Of a stretch of DNA of 52,143 bases, positions 45,636-52,143 are shown piece after piece. Source of the stretch: a virus (lineage: Duplodnaviria > Caudoviricetes). The position numbers and the translations under genes were made by a program. Location of the stretch: the IMG/VR virus record IMGVR_UViG_3300048851_000225, positions 1 through 52,143 of that record. One strand, written 5' to 3'. Within the stretch, counting starts at the first letter, position 1. Every line of letters begins with the position of its first letter. A model generated the notes under the pieces. The model worked only from the letters and a program-made list of their open reading frames with translations. It did not search any database and was not told the DNA's origin.

Positions 45636-46088
45636 ATGTCCGGCATCAACTACGTCCCGCTCGCGGTGCATGCCGTGCGGGTGCACCCGGCTGCGCGCTT
45701 GCCGGAGTACGCAACCGACGGCAGCGCCGGGCTTGATCTGCGGGCGCTGGAAGGCGCGGTGATCATGCCCGGCCAGGCTGCGACGTTCGACACCGGCATG
45801 GCCATGCAACCGCCCCCGGGCTATGCCACCTTCGTTTACGCCCGCAGCGGCCTGTCGTTCAAGCACGGCGTGCGGCTCGCCAACGGGGTCGCAGTGATCG
45901 ACCGGGACTACACCGGGTCGATCAAGGTGCGGCTGCACAACGACAGTGACTTGCCGTACGAAGTGACGCCCGGCGAGCGCATCGCCCAGGCGATCGTCCA
46001 GCCGCTGCCGCGAGTGCAGCTGCTGGAGGTCAACGCGCTGGAGGACACGGCGCGCGGCGCCGGAGGGATCGGGAGCACCGGGCGATGA
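45636..46088 (+). CDS. dut: dUTPase
   Basis: GSAGLDL, ARSGL, VIDRDYTG, RIAQ, RGAGGIGSTG. Confidence 0.95.
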   Translation: MSGINYVPLAVHAVRVHPAARLPEYATDGSAGLDLRALEGAVIMPGQAATFDTGMAMQPPPGYATFVYARSGLSFKHGVRLANGVAVIDRDYTGSIKVRLHNDSDLPYEVTPGERIAQAIVQPLPRVQLLEVNALEDTARGAGGIGSTGR

Positions 46089-46522
46089 GCATCAGCAGCC
46101 TGACGTTCACCCGCGAGGCCTCGATGATCCGCATCGCCCGGATCCTCGCGCTGCTTGAAGAAAAGCCACGCACAACCGATGAGCTGGCCGCGGCGCTCCC
46201 CTGCAACAAGCGCACGGCGACGGTCTACGTGCAGGCGCTGCGCGGCTATGGCCCAATCAAGCGCCAAGTGCACACCGGAGCATGGCGGCGCGAGCCACAC
46301 ACGCCGCAGTGTCCGCTTTCGCCGGTCATCCACCTTGGCGACCTGCCCGATGTTCCGCCGCCAGAAAAGCCGACGAGGGCTGAAGTCGAACGGCGTTACC
46401 GGGAGCGCGTCAAGCGCGAGCGTCCAGATCGCTATATGCAGATGCTGGCGTATGCCAGGGCCAGGAGTATCAAGCCGCGCCGCGATCCGATGGTGGCCGC
46501 ATTCTTCGGCCCGCCGCCATGA
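46085..46522 (+). CDS. Winged-HTH hypothetical protein
   Basis: TTDELAAAL..RTA.VY...L; RRDPMVAAFFG end. Confidence 0.65.
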   Translation: MSISSLTFTREASMIRIARILALLEEKPRTTDELAAALPCNKRTATVYVQALRGYGPIKRQVHTGAWRREPHTPQCPLSPVIHLGDLPDVPPPEKPTRAEVERRYRERVKRERPDRYMQMLAYARARSIKPRRDPMVAAFFGPPP

Positions 46523-47028
46523 ACCGGGCCCAGCGCAGGGCCAGCGGCAAGCCGCAGCGCGAGGGATTCAATCCAGCATTCGCCGCGTTGGCGCAGCGCC
46601 AGGCCATCCTGACCGCGCGTACCGAAGACGTGACACCCGAGATTCGCACCACGCTGATGCTGCCGGCATACGAGGCGTTGGAATCGCTGGTGCACGGCCG
46701 GGCCGAAGACGAAGACTTCATCCGCCTGACCAAATACAACCTGTTCGGCTCCGAGCTCAGCGTCCGACTTGAGCAGCACGGCAACGCAAAAGAGCAGTTC
46801 ACCGCCGTGCGGCCGGCGTTCCTGGCCGCTGGCGCACACCTGGCCGCCGTGGGCGCGCGCAAGACTCGAACCGATCGCTACGGCGCCACGGGCGACGAGC
46901 TTGGCGCCATCCGTGAATCCATTCGCCTGCTTGGCGAACTGCTCGAGGTCGCACCCCAGGGCCACGCCATCCTGGCGCTGCAGCAGGCCGACAAACTCAC
47001 CCGCGCGAAGCTGCGCACCCTCCGATAG
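46519..47028 (+). CDS. Hypothetical phage protein
   Basis: ATGA-coupled; RYGATGDEL motif. Confidence 0.7.
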   Translation: MNRAQRRASGKPQREGFNPAFAALAQRQAILTARTEDVTPEIRTTLMLPAYEALESLVHGRAEDEDFIRLTKYNLFGSELSVRLEQHGNAKEQFTAVRPAFLAAGAHLAAVGARKTRTDRYGATGDELGAIRESIRLLGELLEVAPQGHAILALQQADKLTRAKLRTLR

Positions 47029-47086
47029 CCACCGCGCCGCGCGCACGCCCGCCGCCCCAAACGACCACTCCCCAAGGAATCCCGAC

Positions 47087-47986
47087 ATGGCATGGTTCAA
47101 GAACCTGCAGGTGTATCGCCTGCCCGCGCCCTGGCCGATGACGGCCGAGCAGATCCACGAACAGCTGCTGCCGTTTGCCTTCCAACCAGGCGGCACCCTC
47201 GAAGCTCAGGCCAAGGGCTGGGTGTCGCCGCGCGAGAACGACATGCTTGCCTACGGCATCAACGGCCAGCTCCTGCTGACGATGCGCAACGAGAAGAAGC
47301 TGCTGCCGGCCAGCGTGATCAACCAGTTCACCAAGGCCAAGGCGTCCGACATCGAAGCGCAGCAGGGTTTCAAGCCTGGCCGCAAGCAGATGCGCGAGAT
47401 CAAGGAAGCGGTGACCGACGAGCTGCGGCCCAAGGCCTTCAGCATGTTCAAGGATACGAACGTCTGGATCGACACCGCGAACGGCTGGCTCGTGATCGAT
47501 GCGGCATCGACGGCGCAATGCGACGAGGTGATCGAGCTGCTGCACAAGAGCATCGACCCCCTTCCCCTCACCCTGCTGCACGTGAACCACTCGCCCGCCG
47601 GCAAGATGACGGACTGGCTGCTGGCCGACGAGCCGCCGATGGGCTTCTCCATCGACCAAGACACCGAGCTGCGCTCGACTGGCGACAGCAAGGCCACGGT
47701 GCGCTACGCCAAGCAGGCCATCGAGGTCGACGAGGTGCGGCGCCACGTCGAGGCGGGCAAGCAGACGACGCGCCTCGCAATGACCTGGGCCGACCGCGTG
47801 TCGTTTGTGCTCACCGAGTCGCTGGCGATCAAACGGGTGGCTGCGCTGGACGTGCTGAAGGAGCAAGCCGACGCAGGCAGTGCAGATGACGAGCGCTTCG
47901 ACTCCGACTTCGTGCTCATGACTGGCGAACTGTCGAAGCTGATCGCGGACCTGGTGGCCGTGCTTGGTGGAGAACAGAAAGCATGA
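47087..47986 (+). CDS. rdgC: Recombination-associated protein RdgC
   Basis: WFKNLQVYRL, EKKLLPASV, FDSDFVLMTGEL. Confidence 0.95.
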   Translation: MAWFKNLQVYRLPAPWPMTAEQIHEQLLPFAFQPGGTLEAQAKGWVSPRENDMLAYGINGQLLLTMRNEKKLLPASVINQFTKAKASDIEAQQGFKPGRKQMREIKEAVTDELRPKAFSMFKDTNVWIDTANGWLVIDAASTAQCDEVIELLHKSIDPLPLTLLHVNHSPAGKMTDWLLADEPPMGFSIDQDTELRSTGDSKATVRYAKQAIEVDEVRRHVEAGKQTTRLAMTWADRVSFVLTESLAIKRVAALDVLKEQADAGSADDERFDSDFVLMTGELSKLIADLVAVLGGEQKA

Positions 47987-49074
47987 CGGCCGGCGCGCTG
48001 ACACCGGGCCTGAATCGCTGTCACGTCGGCGACTGCCGGCAGGTGATGCGCGCCCTCGTCGCCGAAGGCGTCCGCGCGCAGACCATCGTGACCAGCCCGC
48101 CCTACTTCGGCCTGCGCGATTACGGCATGGCCGGCCAAATTGGCCTGGAGCCCACCGTCGACGACTACGTCGCACAGATTGTCGACGTGTTCAGAACGGC
48201 GCACCGGTTGCTCGCCGACGACGGCACGCTCTGGCTGAACCTTGGCGACAGCTATGCCGGTAGCTGGGGCGCGCAGGGCAAGAGGGAGACGCCGGCGGAG
48301 ATCAGCCGCAACAGCATCCGCAACCATCCGAAGCGTGCGAGCAACACAGGGACGATCCGCAGCTCGGGCTTGAAGCCAAAGGACTTGATTGGCATCCCGT
48401 GGCGCGTCGCCTTCGCGCTGCAGGCCGATGGCTGGTACCTGCGTCAGGGCATCGTCTGGCACAAGCCGAACCCCATGCCTGAAAGCGTCACCGACCGGTG
48501 TACGACGGCGCACGAGTTCGTATTCCTGCTGTCCAAGTCGCCAAGCTACTACTGCGACATGGACGCGATCCGGGAGCCTGTCACTACTTCGACGGTCAGC
48601 CGTCTCGCGCAGAACGTGGATGCCCAGGCCGGAAGTACCCGCCTGCCCGGCAAGACCAATGGGCCGATGAAGGCAGTCGGCGGTGCGCGCAGCAGGCGCG
48701 ATAGCTTCAAGCGTGATGGCTCGAAGCGCGACGAGGCGATCGTCGGGCAGTCAGTCGGAACGCATCGGCCGGATCGTGACGAAAGCGATTGGCCGCTGGA
48801 CAGCCGCAACAAGCGCAGCGTCTGGACCGTGCCCACCACGCCGTACTCCGGCGCGCACTTCGCAGTAATGCCCGAGGAGCTGGCCGAGACCTGCATCCTC
48901 GCCGGCAGCCGGCCCGGCGACATCGTCTTCGACCCCTTCATGGGCAGCGGCACAGTCGCCGCCGTCTCGCAACGCCTGGGCCGCTACTGGCTGGGCGCCG
49001 AACTCAACCCCGACTACCTGCCCCTGCAGGCGCAGCGCACGCGCCAGGGCGGGCTGGTTCTTCAAACGGCATAG
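47983..49074 (+). CDS. Amino DNA methyltransferase, beta class (N4-C/N6-A)
   Basis: VTSPPY motif IV N-terminal; DPFMGSGT motif I C-terminal. Confidence 0.92.
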   Translation: MTAGALTPGLNRCHVGDCRQVMRALVAEGVRAQTIVTSPPYFGLRDYGMAGQIGLEPTVDDYVAQIVDVFRTAHRLLADDGTLWLNLGDSYAGSWGAQGKRETPAEISRNSIRNHPKRASNTGTIRSSGLKPKDLIGIPWRVAFALQADGWYLRQGIVWHKPNPMPESVTDRCTTAHEFVFLLSKSPSYYCDMDAIREPVTTSTVSRLAQNVDAQAGSTRLPGKTNGPMKAVGGARSRRDSFKRDGSKRDEAIVGQSVGTHRPDRDESDWPLDSRNKRSVWTVPTTPYSGAHFAVMPEELAETCILAGSRPGDIVFDPFMGSGTVAAVSQRLGRYWLGAELNPDYLPLQAQRTRQGGLVLQTA

Positions 49075-49076
49075 TC

Positions 49077-49361
49077 ATGACCCAACGATTCCCGCCGCCC
49101 GGCTACGCCGAGGTGGCTGCTCCGCCTGCGCGCAAAACGCTGTACGAATGCCTGCCGGGCGACACGGTGCTGCTGTGCGGCCAGGTGCTGTACCTGGGCG
49201 AGTTCCGCCAGGGCATCGAGTCGGGCGCGAAGCGGGTGCCGGCGCGCGGCAACTACGCGCTGCTGTGGCACAGCCGAGCTGATCACCGGGAGAGCCAGCC
49301 GTATCAGGTTATGGCCGCCAGCCGCTCCCATCCCATCACCCTATCCGAGGCTGCCCGATGA
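49077..49361 (+). CDS. Hypothetical protein
   Basis: Fills the gap between the MTases; ATGA overlap. Confidence 0.55.
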   Translation: MTQRFPPPGYAEVAAPPARKTLYECLPGDTVLLCGQVLYLGEFRQGIESGAKRVPARGNYALLWHSRADHRESQPYQVMAASRSHPITLSEAAR

Positions 49362-51478
49362 AGCGCGACGACTTCACGATGACGCTCGACTTTCCGAACG
49401 AGCTGATCATCGACAACTTCGCCGGCGGCGGCGGCACGAGCACCGGCCTTGAGGCGGCGTTCGGCCGGCCGGTGGATATCGCGATCAACCACGACCCGGA
49501 AGCGCTGGCGATGCACGCGATTAATCACCCGCGCACCCTGCACCTGCTGGAAAGCGTGTGGGACGTGGACCCCATCAAGGTGACGAAGAACCAGCCCGTC
49601 GCCCTGGTGTGGCTGTCGCCGGACTGCAAGCACTTCAGCAAGGCCAAGGGCGGCACGCCGGTGGCGAAGCACATCCGAGGCCTCGCCTGGGTGGCGATGC
49701 GCTGGATTGCCCGCTGCAAACCGCGCGTCATGATGCTGGAGAACGTGGAAGAGTTCACGACCTGGGGCCCGCTGATTGTCGGCGCCGACGACAAGGCATA
49801 CCCGGACCCGGCCAAGCGCGGCAAGACGTTCGAATCGTTCGTGCGCCAGCTGCGCGGCCATGGCTACCAAGTCGAGTGGCGCGAGCTGCGCGCGTGCGAC
49901 AACGGCGCGCCGACGATCCGCAAACGCCTGTTCATGGTCGCGCGCCGCGACGGTCTGCCCATCGTATGGCCGGACGCCACGCACGGCGACCCGATGAGCC
50001 CGGCCGTGCTGGCCGGCAAGCTGCTGCCGTGGGAATCGGCCGCCAGCTGCATCGACTTCGGATTGAAAGCCGAGAGCATCTTCGGCCGGAAGAAACCGCT
50101 GGTGGACAACACGTTGCGCCGCGTGGCGAAAGGCCTGTGGCGCCACGTGCTCACCAGCAGGAAGCCGTTCATCGTCGGCGCCGGCGGGCCCGCCTTCAGC
50201 GCCAAGCCTGCCCCGGTCGACAGGCCGATAGGAACGCTCACCACCGAGAACCACCGCGCCGTGGTGGCGCCGACGTTGCACGCGCTACGCGGCACCAGCG
50301 AAACGCACCTGAACGGTGACGCCGTCGGCGCTCCGCTGTCGACGGTGTCCGCAGGGGGCACGCACCACGCGCTGTCTGCGTCGCACCTGGTCACGATCGG
50401 CTACGGCGAGCGGCCCGGCCAGGAGCCGAGGACGCACGACATCGTGCAGCCCGTGGGCACCGTTGTGGCCGGCGGCGTGAAGCATGCCGTGTGCGAAGGC
50501 GCTTTCGTCACGAAGTTCCGGTCGAACAGCGTCGGGCACGACCTGCACGAACCACTGCACACGGTCACCGCGAACAGCTTCACGAAGCGCCCGGGCGGCA
50601 GCGTGGCGCTCGGCATGGTCGCCGCCCACCTGGTGGACATGGGCCACGGCGAGGGCAAGGACGGCACGAAGCGCTTCAGTCACGGTATACGCGACGTCGA
50701 GGCCCCGCTGAACACGGTGACGGCCAGCGGCGGCACCAGCGCCGTGTCGGCGGTGCACCTGACCCACCTGACGCACCATGGCGAGCGCGCCGGGAACGAC
50801 GCAGCCGAACCGCTGCGCACGATCACCGGCGCGCACCGCGGCGAGCAAGCCCTGGTGACCGCTTGCCTGGAACAAGCCAACGGCGGTTTCTACGACGGCG
50901 ACGGGCGCGCAGCGAACGATCCGCTGTCGACGATCACCGCCGCGGGCAGCAATCAGCGCCTGATCACCGCCTACTGCGTGAAGTACTACAGCAGCGGCGG
51001 ACAGTGGCAGGGCCTGGCCGAACCGATGCACACGCTCCCAACAAAGGGCCGCATGGGCCTCGTGCAGGTCGTGCAGGTGCCCGCTGATTGCCTCGCGCCC
51101 GACCTGCGCGAACGCGCAAAGCTCTGCGCTGACCTGCTGCACCGCTACCTGCCGGAGCACTTCCCGACGCCCGCCGACCTGGTGATCGTCGGCGACTGGG
51201 TGCTGGTGGACATCACGCTGCGCATGCTGAAGGCGCCGGAACTGTTCCGCGCCCAAAGCTTCCCGCGCGATTACGTGATCCACGAGATCCCAGACCCGAA
51301 GCTGTTGTTCGCCGGCGGCGTGCAGGCTGCCGATCCGCTGGCCGTGCCGCGTATCCCTCTTACCGCCACCGCCCAGGTGCGGATGTGCGGCAACAGCGTG
51401 GCCCCCGTCCAGGCCGAGGCGCTCGTCCGCGCCAACTTCGCCCACGAATCCCTGATCACCCGCCGCGTCGCCGCATGA
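49358..51478 (+). CDS. C5-cytosine DNA methyltransferase (706 aa)
   Basis: DNFAGGGG, SPDC, ENVEEF, TIRKRLF, RML..EL..AQ.FP, GNSV. Confidence 0.92.
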   Translation: MKRDDFTMTLDFPNELIIDNFAGGGGTSTGLEAAFGRPVDIAINHDPEALAMHAINHPRTLHLLESVWDVDPIKVTKNQPVALVWLSPDCKHFSKAKGGTPVAKHIRGLAWVAMRWIARCKPRVMMLENVEEFTTWGPLIVGADDKAYPDPAKRGKTFESFVRQLRGHGYQVEWRELRACDNGAPTIRKRLFMVARRDGLPIVWPDATHGDPMSPAVLAGKLLPWESAASCIDFGLKAESIFGRKKPLVDNTLRRVAKGLWRHVLTSRKPFIVGAGGPAFSAKPAPVDRPIGTLTTENHRAVVAPTLHALRGTSETHLNGDAVGAPLSTVSAGGTHHALSASHLVTIGYGERPGQEPRTHDIVQPVGTVVAGGVKHAVCEGAFVTKFRSNSVGHDLHEPLHTVTANSFTKRPGGSVALGMVAAHLVDMGHGEGKDGTKRFSHGIRDVEAPLNTVTASGGTSAVSAVHLTHLTHHGERAGNDAAEPLRTITGAHRGEQALVTACLEQANGGFYDGDGRAANDPLSTITAAGSNQRLITAYCVKYYSSGGQWQGLAEPMHTLPTKGRMGLVQVVQVPADCLAPDLRERAKLCADLLHRYLPEHFPTPADLVIVGDWVLVDITLRMLKAPELFRAQSFPRDYVIHEIPDPKLLFAGGVQAADPLAVPRIPLTATAQVRMCGNSVAPVQAEALVRANFAHESLITRRVAA

Positions 51479-51513
51479 CGGCCGCCGGTCATCACCGCAT
51501 TGAGGAAAGCAGC

Positions 51514-52143
51514 ATGACCATTAACACCACCGCTCGCTGGAAGCTGGTTCCCGACGAGCCGACCCCCGAAATGGTGCGCGAGGCCCGGCACTCGATCGAC
51601 TGCCCCGTTTCCGGGTCCGATGATCCGGCCGACATCTACCGCGCCATGCTGTCGGCAGCGCCCACCCCTACTGCGCCCCAGGATGAGCGCGCGCTTTTCG
51701 AATCGTTTGCGAAAGCCGATAGCTCGGGTGTGAAATTCGAGCGCGACGAAGACGGCGACTATATCGACATGGCCGCCGCGCTGCTCTGGCACGGCTGGCA
51801 GGCCCGCGCCGCACTGCCCGCCCAGGCTGTCGTCCCTGCGCGCTACACCGATGCAGACATGCTGAAAGCGCACGCTCAGGGCTTCAAGCACGGCGTTCGC
51901 AAAGCGCAATCGGCTGTCGCCACGGTAGGCGATGAGCCGGTGATGGAGATCATGGCCGACATGGAAATGAACTCCACGGGCGGCATGCATGTGGTTCGGA
52001 TGTTGAAGCCCGTCCCGGCCGGTAGCCTGCTCTACACCCGCCCCGCGCCCGCACAGGCCGCCACGGCCGGGGGGCACGAAATCTGGGCATGCTGGGTTGA
52101 TGGGGCTGACCCCGACAAGACATGGCCGATGTTCGTTGGCTAT
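51514..52143 (+). CDS. Phage hypothetical protein, runs off the window end (not in track)
   Basis: GAGGA SD; WKLVP.EPTPEM, YRAMLSAAP, ERALFE, W.GWQARAAL; no stop before 52143. Confidence 0.75.
   Translation, partial: MTINTTARWKLVPDEPTPEMVREARHSIDCPVSGSDDPADIYRAMLSAAPTPTAPQDERALFESFAKADSSGVKFERDEDGDYIDMAAALLWHGWQARAALPAQAVVPARYTDADMLKAHAQGFKHGVRKAQSAVATVGDEPVMEIMADMEMNSTGGMHVVRMLKPVPAGSLLYTRPAPAQAATAGGHEIWACWVDGADPDKTWPMFVGY

Larger units (their letters stand above)
1..52143. mobile_element. Lambdoid siphovirus prophage, truncated at the right edge
   Basis: Integrase, lysis, tail, head, terminase, Q, replication, cI/cro/cII and recombination modules in lambdoid order; no host genes seen. Confidence 0.97.

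Noticed and set aside
47983-51478. Restriction-modification system
   Set aside because: No cognate endonuclease; orphan MTases are common in early-left operons

Overview
The whole window is one lambdoid temperate siphophage genome, most likely a prophage of a high-GC Betaproteobacterium (Burkholderiales; host inferred from gene families, not shown directly). It starts at the ATG of a P4-like tyrosine integrase and ends inside the early-left operon, so att sites and excisionase are outside the window. Order: int, SRAP and a LexA-boxed mini-operon (+); then on the minus strand a RelE-like TA pair, lysis cassette, tail fibres, tape measure, tail, head and packaging genes, Q-like antiterminator, nin-like region, dnaB/rep, cII and cro; cI (+); an antisense TPR+HEPN gene pair; then the pL operon (+) with HNH, a ~1.3 kb highly structured leader, ERF/exonuclease/SSB, dUTPase, RdgC and two DNA methyltransferases. 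Most notable: (1) a cluster of tRNA-like (acceptor stem + T-arm) RNAs in the pL leader, two of them preceded by a competing anti-acceptor hairpin; (2) a TPR+HEPN candidate defence pair in the immunity region; (3) a MuF head protein with a toxin-like C-terminal extension and a candidate immunity gene; (4) a TrbK-like entry-exclusion lipoprotein moron; (5) cis RNA structures before the scaffold and tail-chaperone genes; (6) two single-lesion pseudogenes. All family calls come from motif recognition by eye; no searches or folding programs were run.
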